NCBI GenBank assembly: GCA_041558415.1
Contig: JBFFEY010000007.1
Span: forward strand, 19,342-83,341
DNA length: 64,000 nucleotides
Source: Burkholderiales bacterium
GTDB taxonomy: Bacteria; Pseudomonadota; Gammaproteobacteria; Burkholderiales; SG8-39
Direction: 5' to 3'
The notes under the pieces are model-generated. The model had not been told where the DNA came from and ran no database searches. It worked only from the letters and a program-made list of their open reading frames with translations. Both the position numbers and the translations under genes were made by a program. This document shows, piece after piece, positions 38,730-49,852 of this stretch (positions are counted from its first letter, which is position 1; each line of letters begins with the position of its first letter).

Positions 38730-39203
38730 CTAGCTGCCCCGGCGGCGCTTCCTCGGGCTCTTGATGGCCTGCACCGCCTCGCGGAAATCGTCCGGCGTCT
38801 CGAAGCTGCGGTACACCGAGGCAAAGCGGATGTAGGCGATCTTGTCGAGCTTGGCAAGCTCGCGCATCACCAGGTCGCCGACCCGCCCGGTCGGCACCTC
38901 GCGCTCGCCCAGCGCGCGCAGGCGCTCCTCGATGCGGTCGACCGCGGCGTCGACCGCCTCGGTCGCCACCGAACGCTTGCGCAGCGCGAGCATCATGCTG
39001 CCGACCAGCTTGTCGCGGTCGAAATCGGTGCGCGTACCGTCCTTCTTGACGAGACGCGGCATGCGCAGCTCGACGCGCTCGTAGGTGGTGAAACGCTTGT
39101 CGCATTTCGGACAGCGCCGCCGCCGCCGAATGACGTTCGCCTCCGGATTCGAGCGCGTGTCGACGACCTGGGTGTCGTCGCTGCTGCAGAAGGGGCAGCG
39201 CAT
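38730..39203 (-). CDS. nrdR: Transcriptional repressor NrdR
   Basis: [30 protein letters not shown]. Confidence 0.97.
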   Translation of the reverse strand: MRCPFCSSDDTQVVDTRSNPEANVIRRRRRCPKCDKRFTTYERVELRMPRLVKKDGTRTDFDRDKLVGSMMLALRKRSVATEAVDAAVDRIEERLRALGEREVPTGRVGDLVMRELAKLDKIAYIRFASVYRSFETPDDFREAVQAIKSPRKRRRGS

Positions 39204-39212
39204 GGCCGCGCC

Positions 39213-40472
39213 TCAGGCTTCGACCGGCACGGGCGCGTAGACCGGGAAGCTGCGGCACAGCGCTTCGGCTTCCCCCTGCACGCGGCGCAGCGTCGCTTCG
39301 TCCGAGGGCTTGTCGAGGACGTCGGCGATCAGGTTGGCGAGGATCTCGGCTTCCGGCACACGAAAGCCGCGCGTGGTCATCGCCGGCGTGCCGATGCGGA
39401 TGCCGCTGGTCACCGTGGGGCGCTCGGGATCGTTCGGCACCGAATTCTTGTTGACGGTGATGTGCGCGCGTCCGAGAACGTCTTCCGCGTCTCGCCCGGT
39501 GATGCCCTTGCGCCGCAGGTCGACGAGGAACATATGGCAGTCGGTGCGCTCCGAGACGATACGCAGCCCGCGCGCGGCGAGCACGCGCGCCATGGCGCGC
39601 GCATTGTCGAGCGTCTGCTGCTGGTAGGTACGGAACTCCGGCCGCATCGCCTCGCCGAAGGCGACCGCCTTCGCCGCGATGACGTGCATCAGCGGGCCGC
39701 CCTGCAGGCCCGGAAAGACCGCCGAGTTCAGTGCCCGCTCGTACTCGGCGTCGGCGAGGATCATGCCGCCGCGCGGCCCGCGCAGCGTCTTGTGCGTGGT
39801 CGTGGTCACCACGTCGGCGATGTGGAGCGGGCTCGGATAGAGCCCCGCGGCGACGAGCCCGGCGTAGTGCGCGATGTCTGCCACCAGGACCGCGTTCACC
39901 GCATCGGCGATGTGGCGCAGGTGCTGCCAGTCGATCGCGAGCGAGTAGGCGGAGGCGCCGGCGACGATAAGGCGCGGATTGTGCTCGCGCGCCAGGCGCT
40001 CGGCTTCCGCGTAATCGAGCACCTCGTTCGCGTCGAGACCGTAGGACAGCGCGCGGTAGAGCTTGCCGCTCGAGCTCACCGCCGCGCCGTGCGTCAGGTG
40101 CCCGCCGTGCGCGAGCGACATGCCGAGCAGGGTGTCGCCCGGCTTGAGAAACGCCAGATAGGCCGCCTGGTTGGCCTGCGAGCCGGAGTGCGGCTGCACG
40201 TTGACGTACTCGGCGCCGAACAGCCGTTTGGCGCGCTCGATGGCGAGGTGCTCGGCGATGTCGACGAACCCGCAGCCGCCGTAGTAGCGCTTGCCCGGAT
40301 AGCCCTCGGCGTACTTGTTGGTGAGCTGCGAGCCCTGCGCTTCGAGTACCGCCGGGCTGACGTAGTTCTCGGAAGCGATCAGCTCGATATGGTCTTCCTG
40401 GCGCTGATGCTCGAGGCAGATTGCATTCCAGAGTTCAGGGTCTGACTGCGCGAGAGGGGCGTTGGAGAACAT
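39213..40472 (-). CDS. glyA: Serine hydroxymethyltransferase
   Basis: [36 protein letters not shown]. Confidence 0.97.
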   Translation of the reverse strand: MFSNAPLAQSDPELWNAICLEHQRQEDHIELIASENYVSPAVLEAQGSQLTNKYAEGYPGKRYYGGCGFVDIAEHLAIERAKRLFGAEYVNVQPHSGSQANQAAYLAFLKPGDTLLGMSLAHGGHLTHGAAVSSSGKLYRALSYGLDANEVLDYAEAERLAREHNPRLIVAGASAYSLAIDWQHLRHIADAVNAVLVADIAHYAGLVAAGLYPSPLHIADVVTTTTHKTLRGPRGGMILADAEYERALNSAVFPGLQGGPLMHVIAAKAVAFGEAMRPEFRTYQQQTLDNARAMARVLAARGLRIVSERTDCHMFLVDLRRKGITGRDAEDVLGRAHITVNKNSVPNDPERPTVTSGIRIGTPAMTTRGFRVPEAEILANLIADVLDKPSDEATLRRVQGEAEALCRSFPVYAPVPVEA

Positions 40473-40533
40473 GGCGTACCGCGGAGGGAAAGCCGGATTT
40501 TACAGGACCCCCTCCGGCGCTCCGCGCAGCGCA

Positions 40534-41139
40534 TCACACGCGCGGCGGCGGCGCGACGTCGGCCGGGGTGTCGATGTCGCGGATCGCGCCCGGGTCGCCG
40601 ACCGGCAGCTTGACCAGCTCGGCGGCGTGCGCCGCGAGCAGGCTGCGCGCGCCTTCGTCACCGCTGAGCGCCTCGAGCTCGGCGCGAAAGCGCCCGGCAA
40701 TGCCCACCGGGTGCCCGCGTCGCGTGCGGAAGTACGGCGCCGCGAGCGCTGCGCCGCCGGACAGCGCGTCGCGCACCGCGGCGATGGTGCTCGGTCGCAC
40801 GAACGGCATGTCGGCGAGCCCCACCAGGTAGCCATCGACGTCGCCCGCGGCGCGCGCACCGCAGGCGAGGCTCGCACCCATGCCCTGGTCCGCATCCGCG
40901 CAGACCACCACTTCGCAGCCCTCCGCGGCGAGCGCCCGCGCCGTGGCCTCGGAACCGGGACGCACCACCGCGACGATGCGGTCGAGCTCGGCTTTCAGGT
41001 GGCGCGCCGCCTGCACCGCCACCGCGACGCCGTGCGGCAGCGCATGCGCCAGCTTGTCGGCGCCGAAGCGCCGGCTGGCGCCGGCGGCGAGCAGCAGGCC
41101 GACGATTCGGGGCCGCGGCGCCGGCGTCGCGGCGCTCAA
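40534..41139 (-). CDS. Molybdenum cofactor cytidylyltransferase (MocA-like)
   Basis: LLAAGASRRFG..KL, GMGASL, LADMP, GHPV, GDEGAR, DIDTP. Confidence 0.87.
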   Translation of the reverse strand: MSAATPAPRPRIVGLLLAAGASRRFGADKLAHALPHGVAVAVQAARHLKAELDRIVAVVRPGSEATARALAAEGCEVVVCADADQGMGASLACGARAAGDVDGYLVGLADMPFVRPSTIAAVRDALSGGAALAAPYFRTRRGHPVGIAGRFRAELEALSGDEGARSLLAAHAAELVKLPVGDPGAIRDIDTPADVAPPPRV

Positions 41140-41149
41140 GCTGCCGCTC

Positions 41150-42172
41150 TCAGGCGCGCTGCGCGGCCGGCGCGGTTTCGCAGGCCGATGGCGCGAAGCG
41201 GCTCTTTTCCTTGGCCGACCAGTCGGGCGTCTCCACGCCGTGCCGCGCCGCGGTCATCTCCGCAAGGATCGCCACCGCGATCTCGGGCGGCGTCTTGGAG
41301 CCGATGTACAGCCCCACCGGGCCGTGCAGGCGGGCGATCTCGGCCTCCGACAGGTCGAACTCGGCGAGGCGCGTGCGCCGCGCGTCGTTGTTCTTCTTCG
41401 AGCCGATCGCACCGACGTAGAAGGCGGGCGACTTCAGCGCCTCGAGCAGCGCGAGGTCGTCGATCTTCGGGTCGTGGGTCAGCGCCACCACCGCGGTATG
41501 CGCATCGACGTTCATCGTGCCGAGCACGTCGTCCGGCATGCCGCGATCGAGCGGCACGCCCTCCATCGTCCAGCCGGCCGCGTATTCCTCGCGCGGATCG
41601 ATGACCACGACGTGGTAGTCGAGCATCTTTGCCATTGCCGCGAGATAGTGCGTGAGCTGCCCGGCGCCGATCAGGAACAGGCGCCAGCGCGGGCCGTGCA
41701 CCGTGTAGAGCACGGCGCCGTCGAACTCGACCACGTCCTGCCACTTGCCGGGCTCGAGCGTCGCTTCGCCGCTCGCCATGTCGAGCCGGCGGCGCACCAG
41801 CTGCTGCTTGCCGATGGTCTCGAGCAGCTCGCCCAGCCGGCTGCGCTCGGTGACCGGCTCGAGCACCACCTGCAGCGTGCCGCCGCAGGGCAGCCCCCAG
41901 CGCGTCGCTTCCTCGTTGGTCACGCCGTAGGTGATGAGCTGCGGGCGCTCGGCGGCCACCGCCCTGGCGCGCACCTTCTCGATCAGGTCGTCCTCGACGC
42001 AGCCGCCCGACACCGAGCCGATCACCAGGCCGTCGTCGCGGATCACGACCATCGCGCCCACCGGCCGCGGCGCCGAACCCCAGGTCTTGACGATGGTGCC
42101 GAGCGTCGCGCCCCGGCCCTCTTTGCGCCACGCCTCCGCGCTGCGCAGTACTTCGATATCGACGCTGTCCAT
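41150..42172 (-). CDS. XdhC/CoxI family Moco insertion chaperone
   Basis: WGSAPRPVG, GSVSGGCVE, GLPCGG, THDPKIDD, PVGL.IGSKTPPEIA. Confidence 0.93.
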   Translation of the reverse strand: MDSVDIEVLRSAEAWRKEGRGATLGTIVKTWGSAPRPVGAMVVIRDDGLVIGSVSGGCVEDDLIEKVRARAVAAERPQLITYGVTNEEATRWGLPCGGTLQVVLEPVTERSRLGELLETIGKQQLVRRRLDMASGEATLEPGKWQDVVEFDGAVLYTVHGPRWRLFLIGAGQLTHYLAAMAKMLDYHVVVIDPREEYAAGWTMEGVPLDRGMPDDVLGTMNVDAHTAVVALTHDPKIDDLALLEALKSPAFYVGAIGSKKNNDARRTRLAEFDLSEAEIARLHGPVGLYIGSKTPPEIAVAILAEMTAARHGVETPDWSAKEKSRFAPSACETAPAAQRA

Positions 42173-42534
42173 GGTTCGCCTCGCTTGCTGCGTTCCGATA
42201 AGGGGAAGTTTACGCCCCTCGTAATACTTGGGATGTTGGCACGGGTTTCAAGGCGCCTTGGCCGTTATCGCGTTATCCGGGGTCAAGCCGACGGGGGGCG
42301 CCGGGCGCGAAACAGGGGCGGTTTGCGCGCCGCAGCATGCGCGCACCGCGTTGCCCGCCCGGCGCCCCTTCGCTACGATACTCGCCCGGGCGTTCAATCG
42401 CTCGCCACGTCCGCGCAGCAGCCGTGCTGCACGCCACCGCGCGGGTGCCGGCGCGTCACGTTCGAGACAGCAAGCGACCCGAGTGTGCGCCGCATGGCGC
42501 GCACGAACCCGCATTCTGTGGAGGAGGAGGAGAA

Positions 42535-43014
42535 ATGTCAGTCAAGGTTTCCATGAAAGTGAACGGCAAGGCCGTTTCCGGAGAGATCGAGGAACGCACC
42601 TTGCTGGTCACGTTCATTCGCGAGCACTTGCGCATGACCGGCACCCACGTCGGCTGTGACACCGCGCAGTGCGGCGCCTGCACCGTCGCGATGAACGGCG
42701 CCGTGGTGAAGTCCTGCTCGATGCTCGCCATGCAGGCCGAGGGCACCGACATCACCACCATCGAAGGCGTCGCCGCGGCCGACGGCACGCTGCACCCCAT
42801 GCAGGCGGCGTTCAAGGAGCACCACGGCCTGCAGTGCGGCTTCTGCACGCCGGGCATGGTGATGAATGCGATCGATTTCGCCAAGAAGCATCCGGGCGCC
42901 GGCGAGCAGGAAGTGCGCGAGGCGCTCGAAGGCAACCTGTGCCGCTGCACGGGCTACCACAACATCGTCAAGGCGATCATGGCCGGCTCCAAGGCCATGG
43001 CCGGCGCAAAGTGA
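42535..43014 (+). CDS. coxS: Molybdenum hydroxylase 2Fe-2S subunit (form II CoxS-like)
   Basis: [28 protein letters not shown]. Confidence 0.92.
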   Translation: MSVKVSMKVNGKAVSGEIEERTLLVTFIREHLRMTGTHVGCDTAQCGACTVAMNGAVVKSCSMLAMQAEGTDITTIEGVAAADGTLHPMQAAFKEHHGLQCGFCTPGMVMNAIDFAKKHPGAGEQEVREALEGNLCRCTGYHNIVKAIMAGSKAMAGAK

Positions 43015-43024
43015 GGAGGCCATC

Positions 43025-45376
43025 ATGAGCGCATCTCTCATCGGCGCGCGCGTAGAGCGCAAAGAGGATTACCGCTTCCTAACCGGCGCTGGCAAATACG
43101 TCGACGACTTAATTCGTCCTGGCCAAGTCCATGCGCACTTCGTGCGTTCGCCGCACGCGCACGCCAAAGTCAAGTCTATCGATCCCAAGAACGCCCTGAA
43201 GTCGCCGGGCGTCGTCGCCATTTTCGTTGGCGACGATTTGGCCGCTGATGGCGTCGGCACAGTGCCGTGCGGCTTTGCGCCTGACGGTGGGCCTATTAAG
43301 GAACCGCCGCGTCCGGCTCTTGCTCAGGGCAAAGTGCGGTTTGTCGGGGACCTCGTCGCAATCGTCATCGCCGAGTCCCTGGACCAGGCGAAGGATGCCG
43401 CGGAAAAGCTGGTGGTCGACTATGAGGTCCTACCCGTCGCGGTGACCATGGAGGAAGCGGTCCGTAAGGGTGCTGCGCAGCTGTTCGATGACGTCCCGAA
43501 TAATGTCTGCTTCGACTGGGGCATCGGTGACAAGGCCGCGACGGATGAGGCATTCAAGAAAGCTGCCCACGTCGTCAAGCTCGATCTCGTCAACAATCGG
43601 AAGATCCCGAACGCGATCGAGCCGCGCGCCGTGGTCAGCGAGCATGACGCCGGGACCGGGGCATACACCGTCTACACCACGACGCAGAATCCTCACGTCA
43701 TCCGGCTGCTCATGGGCGCATTCGTTCTCAAGATCCCAGAGCACAAGCTGCGCGTAGTATCGCCCGACGTGGGCGGCGGATTCGGGTCGAAGATTCCGCA
43801 CTACCCGGAGGAGGTAGTCGTCACCTGGGCCTCGAAGAAAGTCGGAAGGCCAGTCAAGTGGACCGCGGAACGTTCCGAGTCGTTCCTGTCCGACACGCAC
43901 GGAAGGGACCACGTTACGCACGCGGAACTCGCACTCGATGCGAACGGGAAGTTTCTCGGATTGCGAGTCGATACGATGGCCAACCTGGGCGCATATCTAT
44001 CCACGTTCGGCCCGTTGATCCCGACGTACTTGTACGGCCCCGTCATGGCCGGTCAGTATGCGACCCCTGCGGTGCGCGTCGATGTGAAGGCAGTTTTCAC
44101 GAACACCGCGCCGGTCGACGCCGAGCGCGGGGCAGGCCGCCCGGAAGCCACCTACCTCGTCGAACGCATTGTAAGCAAGGCTGCGCGGCAGCTCGGAATC
44201 GATTCCATCGAATTGCGGCGTCGCAACCTGATCCCGCCGGATGCCTTCCCGTATCAAACGCCCGTGGTGGTCCAGTACGACAGCGGCAACTATGCAGCCG
44301 TTCTGGACGCGGCGCTGAAGCTCGCGGATCACTCCGGATATGCCAAGCGCCGCAAGGACGCCGAAGCTCGCGGCAAGTTGTACGGCATCGGGATAGCCGC
44401 CTACATCGAGGCCTGCGGGCTCGCGCCCTCAAACGTCGCGGGGCTGATCGGCGCTCGTGCGGGATTGTTCGAGGCTGCCGAAGTTCGCATGCACCCGACG
44501 GGGACGGCCACCGTGTTTACCGGATCTCATGCGCACGGCCAGGGTCACGAGACGACATTTGCGCAAATCGTGGCGGGCAAGCTTGGGATTCCGGTCGAGA
44601 ACGTCGAAGTCGTGCACGGCGACACGGACCGGGTGCCGTTCGGCATGGGAACGTACGGCTCGCGTTCCCTGGCAGTCGGCGGATCGGCGATTGCCAAGGC
44701 GGTGGACAAGATCATTGAGAAGGGCAAAAAGATCGCGGCCCACGCGCTCGAGGCGGCGGAAGCGGATATCGAATTTGTTGACGGGACATTCAAGGTCAAG
44801 GGAACGGACAAGAAAGTGGGTATCGGGGACGTCACATTGTCTGCCTATGTGCCGCACAAGTACCCGCTCGACAAACTCGAGCCTGGACTCGACGAGAGTG
44901 CCTTCTACGACCCCCTGAACTTCACGTTCCCGGCCGGCTGCCATATCTGCGAGGTGGAGGTCGATCCCGAAACCGGCGCGATCAAGGTCGCCAAGTGGAC
45001 CGCTGTAGACGACTTCGGAAAAGTGATCAATCCGATGATTGTGGAGGGGCAGGTGCATGGTGGCGTTGCCCACGGAGTCGGACAGGCGATGCTGGAAGCC
45101 TGCGTGTACGACAAATCCGGGCAACTCCTCACGGGATCGATGGCCGATTACGCGTTGCCCCGGGCGTCGGATCTTCCCAGCATCGAATTGGGCCTAACCG
45201 AAACCCCCTGCCCGCACAATCCGCTCGGCGTAAAAGGCTGCGGCGAGGCCGGTGCCATCGCCGCACCCCCGGCATTCATCAATGCGGTGACCGACGCGCT
45301 CGGCGTTGAACACATCGAAATGCCCGCGACGCCTGAGAACGTCTGGCGGACGCTGGCAGCCAAGAAAGCAGCCTAG
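43025..45376 (+). CDS. coxL: Molybdenum hydroxylase large subunit (form II CoxL-like), variant motif AERGAGR
   Basis: [29 protein letters not shown]; S-L-M order. Confidence 0.88.
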   Translation: MSASLIGARVERKEDYRFLTGAGKYVDDLIRPGQVHAHFVRSPHAHAKVKSIDPKNALKSPGVVAIFVGDDLAADGVGTVPCGFAPDGGPIKEPPRPALAQGKVRFVGDLVAIVIAESLDQAKDAAEKLVVDYEVLPVAVTMEEAVRKGAAQLFDDVPNNVCFDWGIGDKAATDEAFKKAAHVVKLDLVNNRKIPNAIEPRAVVSEHDAGTGAYTVYTTTQNPHVIRLLMGAFVLKIPEHKLRVVSPDVGGGFGSKIPHYPEEVVVTWASKKVGRPVKWTAERSESFLSDTHGRDHVTHAELALDANGKFLGLRVDTMANLGAYLSTFGPLIPTYLYGPVMAGQYATPAVRVDVKAVFTNTAPVDAERGAGRPEATYLVERIVSKAARQLGIDSIELRRRNLIPPDAFPYQTPVVVQYDSGNYAAVLDAALKLADHSGYAKRRKDAEARGKLYGIGIAAYIEACGLAPSNVAGLIGARAGLFEAAEVRMHPTGTATVFTGSHAHGQGHETTFAQIVAGKLGIPVENVEVVHGDTDRVPFGMGTYGSRSLAVGGSAIAKAVDKIIEKGKKIAAHALEAAEADIEFVDGTFKVKGTDKKVGIGDVTLSAYVPHKYPLDKLEPGLDESAFYDPLNFTFPAGCHICEVEVDPETGAIKVAKWTAVDDFGKVINPMIVEGQVHGGVAHGVGQAMLEACVYDKSGQLLTGSMADYALPRASDLPSIELGLTETPCPHNPLGVKGCGEAGAIAAPPAFINAVTDALGVEHIEMPATPENVWRTLAAKKAA

Positions 45377-45394
45377 AAGGAACGGGAGAACATC

Positions 45395-46192
45395 ATGCAC
45401 GCATTCAAGTATCACCGCCCCGGCAGCGTGAAGGACGCCGCCGCGCTGGTCGCCAAGAACGCCGACGCCAAGCTGCTCGCCGGCGGCCAGACGCTGGTGC
45501 AGACGATGAAGATGCGCCTCGCCTCACCCACCGACGTCGTCGATCTCGGCACGATCAAGGAGCTCGCCGGCATCAAGGTCTCGGGCAGCACGGTCGAGAT
45601 CGGGGCCATGACGCGCCACGCCGCCGTCGCCGGATCGGCCGAGGTGAAGAAGGCGATCCCGGCGCTCGCCGCACTGGCCGGCATGATCGGCGACCGCCAG
45701 GTGCGCGCCATGGGCACCATTGGCGGCTCGGTCGCGAACAGCGACCCCGCGGCGGACTATCCGGCCGCCGTTCTCGGGCTGGGCGCGACGGTCAACACCA
45801 GCAAGCGCAAGATCGAAGCCGACAAGTTCTTCACCGGCATGTTCGAGACGGCGCTCGAGCCGGGCGAGATCATCACCTCGATTTCGTTTCCAGCACCCAA
45901 GCGCGCGGCCTACATGAAGTTCAAGAACCCGGCCTCACGCTACGCGATCGTCGGCGTGTTCGTCGCGGAGACCGCCAGCGGCGTGCGCGTCGCCGTCACC
46001 GGCGCGGGGCCCAACGCGTTCCGCGTGCCGGAGATGGAGAAGGCGCTCGGCGCGAAGTTCGCGCCGGAGTCGGTGGCGAACGTCAAAGTGAAGGCCGACA
46101 GCCTGAACTCCGACCTGCACGCGAGCGCCGAGTATCGCGCGCATCTGATCACGGTGATGGCGAAGCGCGCCGTGGAAGCCGCGATGAAGTAG
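45395..46192 (+). CDS. coxM: Molybdenum hydroxylase FAD subunit (form II CoxM-like)
   Basis: LAGGQTL, GTIGGSVAN.DPAAD.P, SDLHASAEYR. Confidence 0.92.
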   Translation: MHAFKYHRPGSVKDAAALVAKNADAKLLAGGQTLVQTMKMRLASPTDVVDLGTIKELAGIKVSGSTVEIGAMTRHAAVAGSAEVKKAIPALAALAGMIGDRQVRAMGTIGGSVANSDPAADYPAAVLGLGATVNTSKRKIEADKFFTGMFETALEPGEIITSISFPAPKRAAYMKFKNPASRYAIVGVFVAETASGVRVAVTGAGPNAFRVPEMEKALGAKFAPESVANVKVKADSLNSDLHASAEYRAHLITVMAKRAVEAAMK

Positions 46193-46215
46193 CCGCCGCG
46201 CGCGACTTTCGGCCA

Positions 46216-46248
46216 AGACGGCCCGCCTCGGCGGGCCGTTTTCTTTTC
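46216..46248 (+). terminator. Intrinsic terminator after coxM
   Basis: ACGGCCCGC-CTCG-GCGGGCCGT followed by TTTCTTTT. Confidence 0.85.
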
Positions 46249-46324
46249 CGCGCGCGGCGTTACGCGGTAACGTAGACCACCCGGTAACCGCCGGCCGGGC
46301 ACAACCCCCGGCCGTACGAAGGAG

Positions 46325-47539
46325 GTGGCTTTCTTGGCGCAGCCCGAGGTCGCCCTGTTCCTGCTGCTCGCGGCGATCGTCATCGCGATCGTCGTCGCCG
46401 GCCTGATCATTTTCGTCCTGCGCCGCATCCCGGCCTACCGCCGCGCGCGCGACGAGGGCCTGACCAAGGCGGCGGACGGCGAGCGCATCAAGGCCGAGTA
46501 CGCGCAGGCCGGGCTGCGCCTGAAGTCGTCGTTCTTTTCCGGCCTCAGCGCGAGCGGGACCCTGTCCGGCATGACCTTCACGCAGCGCATCGTGCCGGGC
46601 AACAAGAACAGTCCGCCGCGCGTCGAGTTGTCGACGCCAAGCAGCCTGCGCGGCGAGTTCGCGGTGCGCCGCGAAGGCGGCAGCGAGGGCTTTTTCAAGG
46701 CGATCGGCTTCGCCGGCGAGGCGCAGACCGGCGATGCGGCGTTCGACCGCGGGTTCTATCTCGCCGGCGTGTCGCGCGACTACGTGCAGGCGCTGTTTAG
46801 CGACGCCGAGAACCGCGACGCCGTGCGCGCCCTGTTCGCGCTCGGCTTCGACAGCGTCGAGCTGCACGAGGGGCGGCTCACCGCGGCACGCAGGGCACAG
46901 ACCCAGCTGCTCGAGCTGAGCGTGGTGCGCAGCGCGCTGGAGCAGCTCGCCGCGCTGCGCACCACGGCGAGCGCAATGCAGGTCGCGATGCAGGGTCTCG
47001 GCGGCCTGCGCACGCGCCACATCAATACCGTCTGCACGGCGGTCTTGGGCATCGCGATCACCGCTTTCATGGCCACGCTGCAGTTTCTCGAGCCGATGGT
47101 CGACGGCCAGCTTGCCATGTTCCTCGACAGCTGGCGCGCGGCGCTGATCGCCTACGGCGCGCTGGTCGCCGTCTCGTTGCTGCTGCTGCGCGGCCGCGCC
47201 AACGCGCCGCGCGAGTTTCTCGTGATCGCCCTGATGGGCCTGCCGTCGGTCTGGGTCGGCGGCGTGAGCGCGGCGACGCTGGTGAACCAGTATCTCGATG
47301 CCAGCCCGCCACAGACGGTGAGCGTGATGCTCGTGCACCACTATGCGACGCGCGGCAAGGACCCCTCGTACCACCTCGTGTTCTGGCCCTGGGGCAAGCG
47401 CCGCAACAACGTCGACCTCGCCGTGCCGCTCGAGATCTACCGCAAGGCGGCGCCGAACCAGATGTGGGTGCTGGAGACGCGCGCCGGGCGCTTCGGCTAC
47501 GAGTGGGTCGACACGCTCGCGCCGCAGACGAAGCGCTGA
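46325..47539 (+). CDS. Hypothetical membrane protein
   Basis: N-terminal TM, soluble domain, three further TM helices, C-terminal beta-rich domain; exact start uncertain. Confidence 0.7.
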   Translation: MAFLAQPEVALFLLLAAIVIAIVVAGLIIFVLRRIPAYRRARDEGLTKAADGERIKAEYAQAGLRLKSSFFSGLSASGTLSGMTFTQRIVPGNKNSPPRVELSTPSSLRGEFAVRREGGSEGFFKAIGFAGEAQTGDAAFDRGFYLAGVSRDYVQALFSDAENRDAVRALFALGFDSVELHEGRLTAARRAQTQLLELSVVRSALEQLAALRTTASAMQVAMQGLGGLRTRHINTVCTAVLGIAITAFMATLQFLEPMVDGQLAMFLDSWRAALIAYGALVAVSLLLLRGRANAPREFLVIALMGLPSVWVGGVSAATLVNQYLDASPPQTVSVMLVHHYATRGKDPSYHLVFWPWGKRRNNVDLAVPLEIYRKAAPNQMWVLETRAGRFGYEWVDTLAPQTKR

Positions 47540-47581
47540 CGGACCCCCTGGCCGCTTTGTGCGATCCTGCACCCCGTCGCC

Positions 47582-48706
47582 ATGCAGACGCCCTCCAGCT
47601 CGCTGACGTCGCAAGCCCTGGCCGACGGCCTCGAGGCCGCGCGCGCGCGGCTTGACGCACTCGCCGACACGCTGCCCGCAGACAGCTGGATCGGGCCGTA
47701 CGCGCAGCCGCTCAACCCGCCGCTGTGGGAGTACGGCCACGTCGTCTGGTTCCAGGAACACTGGTGCCTGCGGCAGAAACCGGGCCGTGCGCCGGACGAA
47801 TCGCCGCTCACCGCACCGCTCGCGCCCTCGGGCATGGACTGGGCGGACTGGCGCTACAACTCCTCGCGCATCCCGCACACCGCGCGCTGGCAGCTGCCGC
47901 TGCCGACGCCGGCCGAAACCCGTGCCTGGGGGCGCGAGGTGCTCGAGGCGGTGCAGGCCAAGCTGGCGCGCGGGGATTTCGACGCCGCCTTCCCCTACTT
48001 CTGCGAGCTCTCGCTGCACCACGAGAACATGCACATCGAGGCCTGGTGGATGATGTGGCAGAGCCGCGGCCTGCGGCCACCGCAGCAGCCGGCGCTGCCG
48101 CAGCTCGCTGACACGCGGCCACTGTCCTTCGCGGCGGGGCGCACGGTACTCGGCAGCGCACAGGACTCGGGATTCGTCTTCGATAACGAAAAGTGGGCGC
48201 ATGAAGTCGATGTCGGCGCTTTCGAGATCGACGCACGCCCGGTAACCAACGCCGAATACGCTCGCCATGTCGAGGCCGGCGCCACGCCGCCGGCGCACTG
48301 GCGCCGCAGCGGCCACGGCTGGGAGGTGAAGCGCTTCGATCAGTGGATTCCGCTGCCGCCCGACGAGCCGGCGATCCACCTCAGCCGGCCCGAGGCCGAG
48401 GCTTACGCCGCGGCAACGGGACGCCGCCTGCCGAGCGCCGCGGAATGGCTGCGCGCGAGCGGCGATCCGGGCTTCGTCGCCGGCCGCTGCTGGGAATGGA
48501 CTGCCGACGTCTTCGCGCCGTACGCCGGTTTTTCGCCGGATCCCTACGCCGACTATTCGCAGCCCTGGTTCGACGGCAAGCATGTCGAGGTGCGCGGCGG
48601 CAGCTGGGTCACCGACGCGCGCCTCGCGCGTCCGACGTTCCGCAACTTCTACACGCCCGAGCGGCGCGACGCGTTCATCGGGTTTCGTACCGCGCGCAGC
48701 CGCTAG
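47582..48706 (+). CDS. EgtB/SenA-like non-heme iron enzyme (DinB-like + FGE-sulfatase domains)
   Basis: LNPPLWEYGHVVWFQE, HENMHIE (HxxxHxE), FVFDNEKWAH, RLPSAAEW, CWEWT, FRNFY..RRD.FIGFRT. Confidence 0.82.
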   Translation: MQTPSSSLTSQALADGLEAARARLDALADTLPADSWIGPYAQPLNPPLWEYGHVVWFQEHWCLRQKPGRAPDESPLTAPLAPSGMDWADWRYNSSRIPHTARWQLPLPTPAETRAWGREVLEAVQAKLARGDFDAAFPYFCELSLHHENMHIEAWWMMWQSRGLRPPQQPALPQLADTRPLSFAAGRTVLGSAQDSGFVFDNEKWAHEVDVGAFEIDARPVTNAEYARHVEAGATPPAHWRRSGHGWEVKRFDQWIPLPPDEPAIHLSRPEAEAYAAATGRRLPSAAEWLRASGDPGFVAGRCWEWTADVFAPYAGFSPDPYADYSQPWFDGKHVEVRGGSWVTDARLARPTFRNFYTPERRDAFIGFRTARSR

Positions 48707-48755
48707 GCCGCGCCGGCCGACTTTCCGGCCTACGATGCCTGAGCGAGGCCGAATC

Positions 48756-49852
48756 TCAGCGCTTGTAGCGCTTCGGCACGAACGGCAGCCGCGCCCGCGC
48801 CACCGGGTGGCGCTTGCCGCGCACCACGGCGTAGAGCGCCGCCTCGGCGGCGAGCGCGGCGTCGAGGCGTGCGAGCATCACCGGCTTGCCGAGCGAGGGC
48901 GACACCGTGCCGCTGGTCACCGTGCCGCGCACGCTGCCTTCGGCGTCGACGATTTGCGCGCCGCTACGCACCGGCACCGGCTCGACGCCGATCAAACCGA
49001 CGAGCCTGCGCGCGCAACCGGCATCGCGCTCGCGCAAAGTGATCTCGGCGCCCGGAAAGCCGCCCGCCTTGGCACCCCCCGCGCGGCGCGTGCGGGCAAT
49101 CGCCCAGCCGAGCGCGGCGCTGCAGACCGTGGTCTCACTGTCCATGTCCTGGCCGTAGAGATGCAGCCCGGCTTCCAGCCGCAGCGTATCGCGCGCCGCG
49201 AGCCCCACCGGCTGCACCGCCGGGTTCTCGAGCAATCGCCGGGCAATGCGCTCCGCGGATTCGCTCGGGACTGAAATCTCGTAGCCGTCCTCTCCGGTGT
49301 AGCCCGAGCGCGAAACGAGGCAGCGCGCGCCTTCGATCTCGATCGATTCGACCTGCATGAACTTCAGCGTGGCCGCGCGCGGCGCAAGCGCGCCGAGCGC
49401 CGCCTCTGCCGCCGGCCCCTGCAGCGCGATGAGCGCGGCGTCGCGCCAGGCGAATTCCAGCGCGGGACAGCGCGCGCGCAGCTGCGCGAGGTCCTTGTCG
49501 CGGCAGGCCGCGTTGACCACCAGCGCCACCTCGCCCTCGAGGCGCGTCACCATGAGATCGTCCTCGATGCCGCCGGCGTCGTTCAGCAGCAGCGAATAGC
49601 GCTGCTGACCCGACGGCCAGCCGTCGAAATCGAGCGGCAGCGCCGCCTCCAGCGCCGCCTCCAGCCCGGCGCCGCGCACGCGCAGCTGGCCCATGTGCGA
49701 GACGTCGAACAGGCCGGCCTGCGCCCGCGTCCACAGGTGCTCGGTCTTGAGGCCGTCCGCGTACTGCAGCGGCATCTCGTGACCGGCGAACGGCGTGAAG
49801 CGCGCGCCGAGCGCCGCGTGCAGCGCGTAGAGCGGCGTGCGCGCCAGCGGCG

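Noticed and set aside
42237-42253. Sigma54 promoter at TGGCACGGGTTTCAA
   Set aside because: The -24 element matches but the required -12 GC at the fixed spacing is absent.
42535-46192. True aerobic CO dehydrogenase
   Set aside because: Lacks the Cu-binding AYRCSFR motif and has the S-L-M order of form II-like enzymes.
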